Below are positions 9,013 to 19,182 of a stretch of DNA of 64,000 bases, piece by piece (positions within the stretch are counted from its first letter, which is position 1; each line of letters opens with the position of its first letter). The notes under the pieces were generated by a model, which did no database searches, was not told the DNA's origin, and saw nothing but the letters and a program-made list of their open reading frames with translations. This DNA is from Calditrichales bacterium (GTDB lineage: Bacteria > Calditrichota > Calditrichia > Calditrichales > J004), in contig OZ254086.1 of assembly GCA_965267575.1 (NCBI GenBank), forward strand, positions 960,001-1,024,000. Direction: 5' to 3'. Made by a program: the position numbers and the translations under genes.

Positions 9013-11277
9013 TTAGTTATAGCGGAACCCTGCCTCCAGGCCGCCAATATTCACAACAAAATCGCCGGCCTCAACACGTTTCTTGTTATCCCTGCCGGTG
9101 AAGGCCAGATCAGCCGGTTTCAGCTCAAAGGTAACCTCACGCACTTCGCCGGGCTTAAGGGCAATCTTTTGAAAACCGCGCACCATGCGCACCGGCCGCG
9201 AAACGGAACCGTACATGTCAGTTACATAAAGGTGTACCACTTCTTTACCTTCGCGCTGGCCGCTGTTTTTAACTTTTACGCGTATCTGCAGTTTGTCTTC
9301 CTTGCCGATTGTTTCACGGTCCAGGGCAAGATCGCTGTATTCAAACGTGGTGTAGCTAAGGCCGTAGCCGAAAGGCCACTGCGGCCGGTAGTCGTTTGTA
9401 TCAAATTTTTCGATCGGCTTGTGGTCATAGTTGGTAAAATCGTTAACGTCCGCCGGATAGGAGAAGGGCAGCTTGCCGGATGGCGTCACATCGCCAAACA
9501 GGATGTCGGCCAGAGCGCGGCCGCCTTCGTTGCCGGGCAGGTAAGCCATCACAATGGCATCAGCCTTTTCGGCGATACCGTTTACAACACGTGGCCGGCC
9601 TTCCACAAGCACAATTACAACCGGTTTGCCCAATCCATATACCTTATTGGCAAATTCAATTTGGCGGGCGTCCAGCATCAGGTTGTTTATGTTGCCGGGG
9701 GTTTCGCAGTAAGGTGCTTCGCCAAGCGCCATTACGATTACATCGGCGGAAGCAGCCTGCTTTTGCACTTCATCCCAGTTGCCGTTGCCATCAAAATCAA
9801 CACCCTGGGCAAAAGTCATATTCTCGGCGCCCACTTTGGCTTCGATTGCCTCGCGGATGGTGCGCTTTTCGTGGGGATAAAGCTCTTCGCGGTTGCCTTG
9901 CCAGGTTATGGTCCAGCCGCCGTTCAGCACGGAAAGCATGTCCGAGGTGGGACCGGTTACAAGTACTTTGCTCTCTTTTTTCAGCGGCAACAGATTGCCG
10001 TCGTTCTTAAGCAGCGTAATTGCCTCGCGGGCCGCATCCAGGCTAAGCTGTGTATGTTCCTTTGTGGCAAATTGCTTTTTCAGCTCTGCTTTGGGATAGG
10101 GGTTTTCAAACAATCCGGTGCGGAATTTTACGCGCAGAATACGGCGTACTGCGTCATCGATGCGTTCTTCGGGCACATCGCCTTTTTGGGCCAGATCCAG
10201 CAAATGATCATAAAAGGTAAAATCGTAGGGCACCATGCTCATATCCACGCCGGCCATAACCGCCATGCGTACGGCTTCACGCGGCGTCTCGGCCACGCGG
10301 TCGCGGTCGTGCAAACGCTTGATGTCCTCCCAGTCGCTCACGACAAATCCGTCAAATTTCAGTTCGCCCTTGAGGATATCGTTCAACACATAAGCATCAC
10401 TGTGTGTGGGTATGCCGTTGATCTCGGCGGAGTTCAGCATCACGGTCTGCACGCCGGCATCCACAGCGGCGGCAAACGGCGGCAGAAAGATGTCGCGCAG
10501 CATGCGTTCGGGTATCCAGGCCGGGGTGCGGTCTTTGCCGTTAAGCGGTACGCTGTAACCCAGATAATGCTTCATGCAGGCTGCCACGCGATCGTCAGCG
10601 CCTACATTATTGTCTTTGCCTTCCGTGCCGTCCACATAGGCGCGCCCCATAACGGACACCGTGTAGGAACATTCGCCAAAGGTTTCCCAGAAACGGGGCC
10701 ACAACGGCATGCGGCCCACGCCAAGAACGGGATTAAAATTCCAGGGAATACCGGAAGCCCGCACTTCTTTGGCCGTGGCATGGGCGGCTTTCTCCACCAG
10801 GTCGGGACGCCAGGTCGCGGCCATGGTTATGCTTTGCGGGAAAAGGGTTGCGTCTTTGGTGTAATTGGCACCGTGGATCGCATCGATGCCGTAGATAACG
10901 GGAATGCCGAGACGCGTTTCTTTTGTGGCGACATCCTGAATAGCGGTGATCAAGGTGTGCCACTCGTCAATGGTTAAAGCCACATCGTAAACGTTCAGTA
11001 ACGAGCCTACGTTGTAATCCACAACGGCCATACGCAGCTTTTCGGGATCCAGCTCAAACTGGTGAAAGGTATCTGCTTTTGTTTTGGCAACCGCCTGAAT
11101 GGTCACCTGGGTCATCTGGCCGACCTTTTCGTCCAGCGTCATTTTCGCCAGCAGGTCGTCAATTTTCTTTTCGATCGGATCGCTTGTATCAGGTCGCATG
11201 GCCACTAAACTCAATGAAACTATCGCCATAAGCAGCAGCACAATCGATGTAAGAGCCTTTGTCATTTTTTCCTCCAT
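9013..11277 (-). CDS. GH3 beta-glucosidase (BglX-like, periplasmic)
   Basis: MTLDEKVGQMTQ, TRLGIPVIYGIDAIHG, CMKHY, GFVVSDW, PSGKLPFSYP, PFGYGLSYTTF, C-terminal Fn3-like domain. Confidence 0.93.
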   Translation of the reverse strand: MEEKMTKALTSIVLLLMAIVSLSLVAMRPDTSDPIEKKIDDLLAKMTLDEKVGQMTQVTIQAVAKTKADTFHQFELDPEKLRMAVVDYNVGSLLNVYDVALTIDEWHTLITAIQDVATKETRLGIPVIYGIDAIHGANYTKDATLFPQSITMAATWRPDLVEKAAHATAKEVRASGIPWNFNPVLGVGRMPLWPRFWETFGECSYTVSVMGRAYVDGTEGKDNNVGADDRVAACMKHYLGYSVPLNGKDRTPAWIPERMLRDIFLPPFAAAVDAGVQTVMLNSAEINGIPTHSDAYVLNDILKGELKFDGFVVSDWEDIKRLHDRDRVAETPREAVRMAVMAGVDMSMVPYDFTFYDHLLDLAQKGDVPEERIDDAVRRILRVKFRTGLFENPYPKAELKKQFATKEHTQLSLDAAREAITLLKNDGNLLPLKKESKVLVTGPTSDMLSVLNGGWTITWQGNREELYPHEKRTIREAIEAKVGAENMTFAQGVDFDGNGNWDEVQKQAASADVIVMALGEAPYCETPGNINNLMLDARQIEFANKVYGLGKPVVIVLVEGRPRVVNGIAEKADAIVMAYLPGNEGGRALADILFGDVTPSGKLPFSYPADVNDFTNYDHKPIEKFDTNDYRPQWPFGYGLSYTTFEYSDLALDRETIGKEDKLQIRVKVKNSGQREGKEVVHLYVTDMYGSVSRPVRMVRGFQKIALKPGEVREVTFELKPADLAFTGRDNKKRVEAGDFVVNIGGLEAGFRYN

Positions 11278-11290
11278 TGAGCAATAACAT

Positions 11291-13096
11291 TTATTTTATT
11301 AAAACCATTTTTCCAAAATCGTGCACTATCTTCCCCGCAGATATGGCGCTCAGTCGGTAGTAGTAAACACCCGATGCCAGCGCGCTGGCGTTAAAATTTA
11401 AACTGCGTTCGCCCGCTGCAAAATCGTTTTCCCGCGAGCTGTAGACCTCGCGTCCGCCGGCATCAAAGACGGTCAGCCGCACATCGGCACGAGCCGGTAA
11501 ATAGAAATCTATACGCGTTTGCGGATTAAAGGGATTGGGGTAGTTGCCGTGGATTTTCAGACTGCGCGGCAAAGCACTCTGTCTGCCCGGCTGTGTGCTT
11601 ACAAGCTGTTCCACGCGGATGCTGCTGAGCAACGGATGTCCGGTCCATTCGGTAAAGTGAATGTCGAGTATACCGTCTTCAACAGCGACGTTTTCCATGC
11701 GCAGCTTATAGGCGGTCTCTACACCGGCCGTTTGCACCAGGTCCAGGCCTTCCACGAGGTTGGCACCCTCCACATCAATGCTAAACACGCGCTGTCCGGC
11801 AGACGATTTGTCCAGTTCGGCAAAACCGAGTTCCACATTGTAGCTACCCTGAGGTACCCGGACGCGGTATTTTACAACCTCATCCAAAGCGGAGAGGTAG
11901 AGCGAATCCAGTTCGCTGTTCTGCACGTCCGCTTCGCCATACACCTGGTGATATCCGTCCATGTGACCGTACTCCACAGCGGGGCCCCAATCCTGGTCGG
12001 CCAGCCAGCTGCCGCCGTAAACGGCATCACCGCCTGCGTTGATCTGCAGCGGAAAGGTAAGCGGTATTTCACGATAAACAGGCACTACATTGTAGCTTTG
12101 AAGATTAGCCTCTTCGCGCGCGTCGCTTATGCCGAAAATAACCAGCGAATATTCCGCTCCGTCGCTCATGGACGATGTTTCCAGCAAAACCGTACGCTTG
12201 TCCGGCTTCAATTCGACGGATTTTACCTGCAGACCGGGCACCACATAGTTGGATAAAACCGAAGCACCTACAGAATCAACGTCTTCCGAAAACTCCGCGG
12301 TGATCGTGCTGTCCTTGGCACGGGCCCAAAGCAGAACCGGCGGCTTGTTGTCCACAAAACCGGTAGCCGCGGCATCCGTAATGGCCAGAACAAGATAGCC
12401 GTCCCGGAAGATGGCATTGTCCGGCGACATATCGACGCGGTTGCCGCTCCAGGTATGCGAGGCTTTTTCCCAACGCTCCTCATCCCACTCGTCAAATTCG
12501 TCGCGCCACTCCAGCGTAAAATTGTTGTTGGTTCCGGTGTCCCCTTGGCCGGGCGTGTAGGCGTAGTAAGCCACCCAATCGTACCAGGCAAAAACGGGCA
12601 GGATGGCGGGATTCCATTCACCCACCCACGGCTCCCACACCGCCGCCCAGATATTCATCATCAGCTTTTGCTCAAAAACGAGCGTTTGAATATGATCCCC
12701 GGTCTGGCGGTAGATTTCCTCGCCGTTTACAAACCAGGCCACATAATCCGGTGTCCATTCAAAAGCATAGGTATTAAAAACATCAAACGGCGCAAAGTCA
12801 ACGCGGTTATGACTGTTATAGATGGTTTGACGTGGCGTAATAGTGGTTGTCTGAACATCGTCGTCATAGCGCCCGAGGATTTCTATATCGATCTCGTTCC
12901 ACTCGTTGCAGCAAACTTCGAAATCATTGTAGGTAAAAAAATTACTGAGAAGTCCTGTTCCGCGGGCCGCTTTGTAATTGACCTCAAAACGTCCGTACAA
13001 AAAAGATTCTTTGGTTCGCAGCTCCGCGCCCTTGTAGTCTTTAGCCTGCGCAAAAAATGCGGCAACAAGCAGCACGGCGATCGTTTTTAGCAGCAT
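11291..13096 (-). CDS. GH16 beta-glucanase (EXDXE type) + Ig-like + malectin-like domain + T9SS-type CTD
   Basis: WNEIDIEILG, YAFEWTPDYVAWFVNG; malectin-like QINAGG...YNVELGFAE...RVFSIDVEG; GNYPNPFNP. Confidence 0.88.
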   Translation of the reverse strand: MLLKTIAVLLVAAFFAQAKDYKGAELRTKESFLYGRFEVNYKAARGTGLLSNFFTYNDFEVCCNEWNEIDIEILGRYDDDVQTTTITPRQTIYNSHNRVDFAPFDVFNTYAFEWTPDYVAWFVNGEEIYRQTGDHIQTLVFEQKLMMNIWAAVWEPWVGEWNPAILPVFAWYDWVAYYAYTPGQGDTGTNNNFTLEWRDEFDEWDEERWEKASHTWSGNRVDMSPDNAIFRDGYLVLAITDAAATGFVDNKPPVLLWARAKDSTITAEFSEDVDSVGASVLSNYVVPGLQVKSVELKPDKRTVLLETSSMSDGAEYSLVIFGISDAREEANLQSYNVVPVYREIPLTFPLQINAGGDAVYGGSWLADQDWGPAVEYGHMDGYHQVYGEADVQNSELDSLYLSALDEVVKYRVRVPQGSYNVELGFAELDKSSAGQRVFSIDVEGANLVEGLDLVQTAGVETAYKLRMENVAVEDGILDIHFTEWTGHPLLSSIRVEQLVSTQPGRQSALPRSLKIHGNYPNPFNPQTRIDFYLPARADVRLTVFDAGGREVYSSRENDFAAGERSLNFNASALASGVYYYRLSAISAGKIVHDFGKMVLIK

Positions 13097-13102
13097 GAAG
13101 CC

Positions 13103-14601
13103 TCACATCTTTTTGCCGTAATCGAGACGGTTATGAGTAGTTAATTGCGGAAACTCCGGTACCAGAACCGGGAAAGGCACGTTGCGCTGAATGACAAACA
13201 TATCTACGGATGTCAAATTTATTTTTTCAAAGGCGCTCGTATTGATGCTGATCTTGTCACTGTGGCGTTGGCGCAGCTCACTGATGTAGGGGTCAATGTG
13301 GTTTTCCACAAGCTGTAAAGCATTCAGGCTGTCATAATTCATGGAGCGCAGAATATTTTGCCTGCCATACAGTGCCAGCAGATTGTCACGCCACATGGCT
13401 ACATCACGCTCAACCGCGGGATGTTTTTCATAGCCCTTTTGATACGCTTCTTTTGTAATCTCCAGATCGCGCAACAAATCGACAATGGCCAGTTTGAATT
13501 GTTCGCCAAATTGTCCCTGTGGCATTTTGCGCTCCCGGAAAACAAGCGGATGCACCTGGATGGCTTCCTCGAAATCAGCCACAGTCCACATCTCGCCGTC
13601 AATGGAAAAAAGCACCTGGTTACGGATTTTCTCCACGCGCGACATGACATCGTCGATTACCATTTCGTTTTCACCGTCCCGGCGCCAGAAGCGGCTGTTG
13701 AAAGCTCTCTCCTTATCGGCGCTGGTTTTGAAGTACTGCGGCCCGACGGCGTTAACCAGTTCGGTAAAAATAGGCCGGTTGAATTCCACCCGCTTTCCGC
13801 GCATTAGATCAGCCACATGGCCTCGTAAATATCGCGCGCGCCGATTTCCTTAATCTTATCCTGCACATCTGTTACATACTGCTGTAACTGCGCGCCCCCG
13901 ATAACCGGCCGGCGTGTCCAGCCGTCTATCCTCACCAGGAGGTGACGATCCTTGTCCAGTTTGAGCGGACCAATCACATCGCCCTGGGCGCGTTCGCTGT
14001 AGAAAAGCGCCTGCAGCAGGCGGTCATCCAGCGGCTGCAGGAAACCGAAGGACTCGCGCGGCGGCGTAAGCGAGGAGCTGTCCGGATTAAGGTGGTCGAA
14101 GACCTCGTCAAAGCCCATCTCGCCGTTTTGCATCCGGCGCGCCACTTCCGCGGCCAGGGCATCGTTATTGAGCGGGATCATTTCCACGTCGTAGGTACGC
14201 TCGGCCATTTGTAAAACCGTGCGCAGCAATGTTGAATCAACCTGCGCCAGGTCGCCGGCCATCTCTTTGTAATGGATACGGCGCATTGCCTGCTCGCGGC
14301 GTCCCTTAAGATAATTTTGTACTTCGGGGTTGGAAAGCATAACGCCGTCGGCCTCGGCCTCAATGGCCAGCAGCTTTTCGGCGATCAGCGAATTTAATAC
14401 GATTTTACGATGCACATAATTGTCGTTTTTACACCACGCCGGACGGATAGTGTATTCCGCCCGGCGGATGAATTCGTTCACGGAAATCGTACGGTCGCCA
14501 ACCTTTACCAGGATTGTTTCGTCGAATTCCGCTTTTTCGGTAGATGTGCATTGCGCAAGCAGCAAAACAGATGCTGCCAGTAATACAATCCGTTTATACA
14601 T
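13103..14601 (-). pseudogene. SurA/PpiC-like foldase lipoprotein split by a 1-bp frameshift (ORFs 13804-14601 and 13103-13816); pseudogene or sequencing error
   Basis: Lipobox LAQC; ILVKVGDRTISVNEFIRR and GDVIGPL...LVRI resemble PPIase/SurA-like proteins. The minus strand reads GAG GCC ATG TGG CTG ATC TAA; adding one base gives GCC TAT GTG GCT GAT CTA ATG CGC (..EAYVADLMRGK..), joining both ORFs. Confidence 0.65.
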
Positions 14602-15659
14602 TAAAACATTATCCCCAGGCCGTAGCTGTGTACGTCACCCAGCAGGCCCACATCTCGAAATGCATAGTCAAATTTAATGGCCAGATTACCCATCAGGTAT
14701 TTCTGGAATCCTCCGCCCAGCGTCAGGCCGAACTCGGACCGGTCATCCGGCAGGAAGAGGCCCTTGTAGCCGCCACGCAAAAAGAACTTACCCATGGTGG
14801 GCGCATGAAATTCATATTCACCGCCGAGGTTTACCGATTCCGCGTTGTTGTTGGGATGCAATGCGTCAAGAGCAAACGTAAAACGGTTTTGGTCGGTTTT
14901 GATTGCGTTGACGGCAAAGCCCAGCCGGAAGATCAGCGGCAGTTCCCACTCCTGTGGCAGGTACTGGCCCTGAACGTCGCCGAAATTGCCATCCTCGTTG
15001 GGCAGCGGATCAATCTTTGTAAGCAGGTCCAGCCCTTCGAAACGCATCCGCGTACCGTAATTGGAAATACTCATAGCGATGCGCATACCGTCGCCGCGCT
15101 CACCCGTTGGCGAAAAGAAAAAGGTATTTAGCGTAACACCAAGGTCCACCGCCAGGGCGCTGGCGCTCATATGCCAGATGTCGAAGCCGACGAATTTCCC
15201 GGAGGCGCCAAAGGCAAACCAGTCCGTAAGCTTGCGCGCAAAGGAAAGGTTAAAAGCGTAGGAACTGGAGCTGAACACCTCACCGGTGCCTTCCTGGAAG
15301 TCAACGGTTGTAACATCCATATCACCGTAATCCATGTAAATAAGGCCCGCCCCTATGGTCCCGACGCCCGGTACAACCAGGGCCGTTCCCACAAAGGAAG
15401 AGTTAATATCCACCACCCAGGGCTGGATGGTGAACTGCGCTTCGCTCTGCTTCATAAAGGCCAGACCGGCTGGATTCCAGTACATGGCCGACACATCGCT
15501 GGCCATTGTTACGTAGGCCTCGCCCATGGCCACGCCGGCGCTGCCGTAGCCTACCTCCAGAAAGTCGGCTGTTGTGGTGCCGAAGCGGTTGGGACGCTGC
15601 TGTCCCCAAACCAGCATGGGCACGATCAAGAGTATCAGAAGAATATATTTCGTTTTCAT
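14601..15659 (-). CDS. PorV/PorQ-like (UPF0164) outer-membrane beta-barrel
   Basis: GTTTADFLEVGYGSAGVAMGEAY...SAMYWNPAGLA N-terminus; alternating barrel strands; C-terminal Phe. Confidence 0.85.
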   Translation of the reverse strand: MKTKYILLILLIVPMLVWGQQRPNRFGTTTADFLEVGYGSAGVAMGEAYVTMASDVSAMYWNPAGLAFMKQSEAQFTIQPWVVDINSSFVGTALVVPGVGTIGAGLIYMDYGDMDVTTVDFQEGTGEVFSSSSYAFNLSFARKLTDWFAFGASGKFVGFDIWHMSASALAVDLGVTLNTFFFSPTGERGDGMRIAMSISNYGTRMRFEGLDLLTKIDPLPNEDGNFGDVQGQYLPQEWELPLIFRLGFAVNAIKTDQNRFTFALDALHPNNNAESVNLGGEYEFHAPTMGKFFLRGGYKGLFLPDDRSEFGLTLGGGFQKYLMGNLAIKFDYAFRDVGLLGDVHSYGLGIMF

Positions 15660-15671
15660 ACCTGCCCTCTT

Positions 15672-18600
15672 CTATTTAACCACAGCGAATTTACCCAGCT
15701 TGGTATCGCCGGTTCTTTCCGCTTTTACATGATAAAGGTAGATGCCGGCCGCTATTTCGAGGCCTTCGCTGGTCAACATATCCCAGTGAATGATACCATT
15801 ATCATTTGGATTATTAACTTCGATTTCATCAATCAATACACCGGAAACCGTAAAGATCTTAATGGTGCATTGCGCCGGCAGGTTGGTAAACATCAGTCTG
15901 CGAGGCTGGTTGAGGAATTTGTTGACTACCGCTTCCTCAAAGGCGTTGGTTACCACATAGGGATTGGGCACCACGCGGATGTCGTCCATGGATGAACTGA
16001 TCAGCCTGGTATTCAGCTCGCCTTCCGGATTGACCTTAAAGCTCACTGAATCCGTGTGCCAGAAAGGACGCTGGAATTTTACGCTGAATACATCCCCGGG
16101 CTGCGGCAGACTGGCGCTGTCGGCAAAAGACTGGAAGTCCAGCGCGAAAGCCGTTGTCGCAAAACGCCCGCGGTTGTCCAGCGGCCCAACCAGAATACGG
16201 TCTTCAAGAATTTCGAAGGTTCCGTTCAGGTTAAGATCGTGGACGACCATTTCCATTTTTTCGAAACTGCCGGTAGTGTCCATAAAGGTGGAGTTCTGCA
16301 CGTAGAAATTGAACGGCAGCTGGAACAGCAGAAAGTCGCGGCTGACCGTCTCATTGTTTTCATCGCGCAGGTTCCGTCGTGAGCTCTGGCTGACATATGC
16401 GGAATCATCGTTTGTAAAGACAATATCAAAATCCCACGGGTAATAGCGGATTTCCTGCGCGGCAGGACTGATATTAAGCCGCGGATTATCACCCACCAGC
16501 CAGCCGCTGTTTTGCGCGTCAAAAGCGGCGCGCTCACGAGGCTGATAAACGTTCAGGCGCATGCCGTCAAAAACGTCGGTGCTGATCGTATCGGCCACGC
16601 GCAGTGTAGCATAGCGCAGTGTATCTGTTGTGCCCGGTTCCACCTCTTCAACCAGTGTAATGTTATTAAAGGCAAAGGAAGTCGGTACGTCTTCATAAAC
16701 CAGCTCGGAAGAACTGGTGACATCATAGACATGCAGGCTGTTGGTCGTGTAGATCAGGGCATTAGGCACACTCGACAAAGCGTCGATCGTATCGATGCCG
16801 AACTTGACCATATAGGTGTGGTTGGGCTTCAGGCTGTTGTTTGCCAGGATTTGCGCGTCAACATAGCCGCTACCAATCAGGCCTTCCATTTCAACATCAT
16901 CCACCGTTGGCGGCACATAGCCGGAAGCATTGGGCCGCGGCACAACGATCGCTACGTTCTGTCCGATGGCGCGTACCTGGTCCTGCTCATTCAGATCCAC
17001 AATGATGGTGTTTTCCGACGGGGCGATACCCGGTCCGATATCCGGCGCGCCATAGTCGTAAGCGACCAGGGCGTAATAATAGGTGCGGCCGTTCTCAACA
17101 TTTTCATCAATAAAGTGGTGTACGATACCGCTATCAAAACCGAGGTTGTAGCCGACGCCGTTAACCAGGCCGTAATCGGTAAACCCAACGCGGCCGTTTT
17201 TCAGGTCGCACTGGAAAATGGGTTTTTTGATAAACGGCGTTCCAAAGCCATCGGTAATAACTTCGGCGTCTGAGAAACGCTTATCGGTTGCACGATATAC
17301 TTTATAACCCTCGAAGTCATTAATGTTGCCAACGAACGGGTCACGCGTTCTCTTGTCGGCGATGTCATCCCAAGTCAAAATCACTTTTCCGTCCGCGGCC
17401 GTAGCCGTAAGGGTGGGCATGCGCGGCGGCTGTGCAAAACGGTAATCCGATTCATAGATTACCTGCACGATGCGCTTTTGCTCATAAAGTGCGGGAGCGG
17501 TATGTGCGTCCGAGTTCAAACCGGACAGTTCATCATAGGCATGCAGTTCGGACATGGAGATACGCTCTTCACGGCCCTGGAACAGCGGGAAAGGTCCGGA
17601 TGCGAATGTCTCGATCAGGTTGGAAATATTACCGAGAAATTCCAGCGTAGAGTCCTGACCGATCAGTTCCCACATGGAGCGGTCGCCACGGAACCAGCGG
17701 TAGCTGGAGCTATGGCTTGGTACCGGAAACAGACGGAAAGATGTCAAACCGACCATATCCGATTCTGAAACATCCGTTGCGGCAAAGTCAGGCTCGGCGC
17801 CGATACCCTGCACATAATCGGGACGATGGTTGCCCTCGGTTCCGTCGGCATCGGGGCCGGTATAGTTCAGTTCCAGAGGTCCAACGCCATCCAGGCCTAC
17901 GTCGTCACCGGGGAATTCATTGCTTTGGTAAATGCCATCACCGTTCAGGTCGTTGCCGTCATCCCAGTCCTGGTCTTCATCTGCGTCCCAGTGTTCGCGC
18001 AGATCTTCAAGTTTCAAATTGTAAAACGCAAGGAATTTATCAAGGTCGTCGATGCCTTCAGTGGGACCAACAAGTGCTGTGGCCACGTTATCGCGCTGCT
18101 CATTCAACAGACCGTCCTGGTCGTTATCTATGTCGTCATAGGGGATGCCCGGGCTTTCCAGGTAAGCAAAACCCATCACACCCGTATTCAAACCACCGCG
18201 ACCGGTTCCGTCCACATCCCAGGAGTACGCCATGTCAATCTGGCGGTCAAAGAAACCAAGCTCGTCATCGGCCTCACCGCCGATACCGTTGTCCACCCAG
18301 TAACCAAAGGCCACTTCGGGCAGATCATAGTCGGAAATGTTGGCGATGCTATATTCCCAGAAAATCGCGTCACGTGCCTGCGGGTTATTCCACTGAAAAC
18401 CACGCTGAGACACACGTACACCAATACCGCCCCAGGGCAGTCCGTTTTGCTGCTCGATGCTGTTGGTAAGTTTGTCACCGATAAAAACACCGGGACGCGG
18501 GTAATACTTAGCCCTGTCTTCCGGACCGAGATACTCCTGATCATTGGCGTCGTTGGCCACGAAATAGGTTTCCAGGTCGGCATAAATAATACCGCGGCCA

Positions 18601-19166
18601 AAGCGGCCGTTCCATTCACCGGGCCATTTGGTGTTGGTGCCCTGTGCCGGCCAGCCCATGGTCGGCCAGCTTTGCGGCAGGTTGCTCATGGCCGGGTACT
18701 CGCTGGCTTCATTGAAGTAGCCAAATACGGGGTAGAGTCCCCATTCCACCAGACCGAGCGGATCGGTATCCATTTCTTCACGGTAGCTGGTCTGCAGGAA
18801 GTAGAGCGTATCCAGGCCGGGCGTGCTCATAATGTCAACGGGATCGGTTACCGGAACGGTGTCGTTTTCAACATAAACCCGGGCACCGATCAGCAGGCCC
18901 ACACCATCAAGCATGCGCACGCCGTCGTCATTGTTGGGCCAGCGCGACCACAGGGGCGGGCCAACGCCATCTACCCACTTGGACAGCTCGGTTGTATTCT
19001 GAAAATAGAGGAACACGCGGTTACCCGTCATGTAGCCTTCACGCTCGGCGGCTTTATCGCCGGCGGGGTCATCCGGCCCTTCGTATCGCTGGCCCTGGGC
19101 CAGAAGGGTGGAACCTGCGCCGAAGAGCAGCGCCAACAGTAAAATTATCCTAATCTTGCACATCAT
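15672..19166 (-). CDS. Large acidic secreted protein with DxDxDG repeats, Fn3-like domain and IRVVPNPY-type CTD; function unknown
   Basis: Signal peptide; DIDNDQDG, DLNGDG, DADGTEG; LTATAADGKVILTWDD...DFEGYKVYR...NGRTYYYALVAYD; C-terminal IRVVPNPY...FTNLPAQCTIKIFTVSG...WDML...GIYLYHV...KFAVVK. Confidence 0.8.
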   Translation of the reverse strand: MMCKIRIILLLALLFGAGSTLLAQGQRYEGPDDPAGDKAAEREGYMTGNRVFLYFQNTTELSKWVDGVGPPLWSRWPNNDDGVRMLDGVGLLIGARVYVENDTVPVTDPVDIMSTPGLDTLYFLQTSYREEMDTDPLGLVEWGLYPVFGYFNEASEYPAMSNLPQSWPTMGWPAQGTNTKWPGEWNGRFGRGIIYADLETYFVANDANDQEYLGPEDRAKYYPRPGVFIGDKLTNSIEQQNGLPWGGIGVRVSQRGFQWNNPQARDAIFWEYSIANISDYDLPEVAFGYWVDNGIGGEADDELGFFDRQIDMAYSWDVDGTGRGGLNTGVMGFAYLESPGIPYDDIDNDQDGLLNEQRDNVATALVGPTEGIDDLDKFLAFYNLKLEDLREHWDADEDQDWDDGNDLNGDGIYQSNEFPGDDVGLDGVGPLELNYTGPDADGTEGNHRPDYVQGIGAEPDFAATDVSESDMVGLTSFRLFPVPSHSSSYRWFRGDRSMWELIGQDSTLEFLGNISNLIETFASGPFPLFQGREERISMSELHAYDELSGLNSDAHTAPALYEQKRIVQVIYESDYRFAQPPRMPTLTATAADGKVILTWDDIADKRTRDPFVGNINDFEGYKVYRATDKRFSDAEVITDGFGTPFIKKPIFQCDLKNGRVGFTDYGLVNGVGYNLGFDSGIVHHFIDENVENGRTYYYALVAYDYGAPDIGPGIAPSENTIIVDLNEQDQVRAIGQNVAIVVPRPNASGYVPPTVDDVEMEGLIGSGYVDAQILANNSLKPNHTYMVKFGIDTIDALSSVPNALIYTTNSLHVYDVTSSSELVYEDVPTSFAFNNITLVEEVEPGTTDTLRYATLRVADTISTDVFDGMRLNVYQPRERAAFDAQNSGWLVGDNPRLNISPAAQEIRYYPWDFDIVFTNDDSAYVSQSSRRNLRDENNETVSRDFLLFQLPFNFYVQNSTFMDTTGSFEKMEMVVHDLNLNGTFEILEDRILVGPLDNRGRFATTAFALDFQSFADSASLPQPGDVFSVKFQRPFWHTDSVSFKVNPEGELNTRLISSSMDDIRVVPNPYVVTNAFEEAVVNKFLNQPRRLMFTNLPAQCTIKIFTVSGVLIDEIEVNNPNDNGIIHWDMLTSEGLEIAAGIYLYHVKAERTGDTKLGKFAVVK

Positions 19167-19182
19167 ATGTCTTTCAACCCTT

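Noticed and set aside
8950-10977. 675-aa plus-strand ORF
   Set aside because: Lies antisense to the clear GH3 gene; long shadow ORFs are expected from codon bias, and the translation has no family features.
17826-19142. 438-aa plus-strand ORF, and similar ones at 28230-29255 and 62498-63400
   Set aside because: Antisense shadows of well-supported minus-strand genes.
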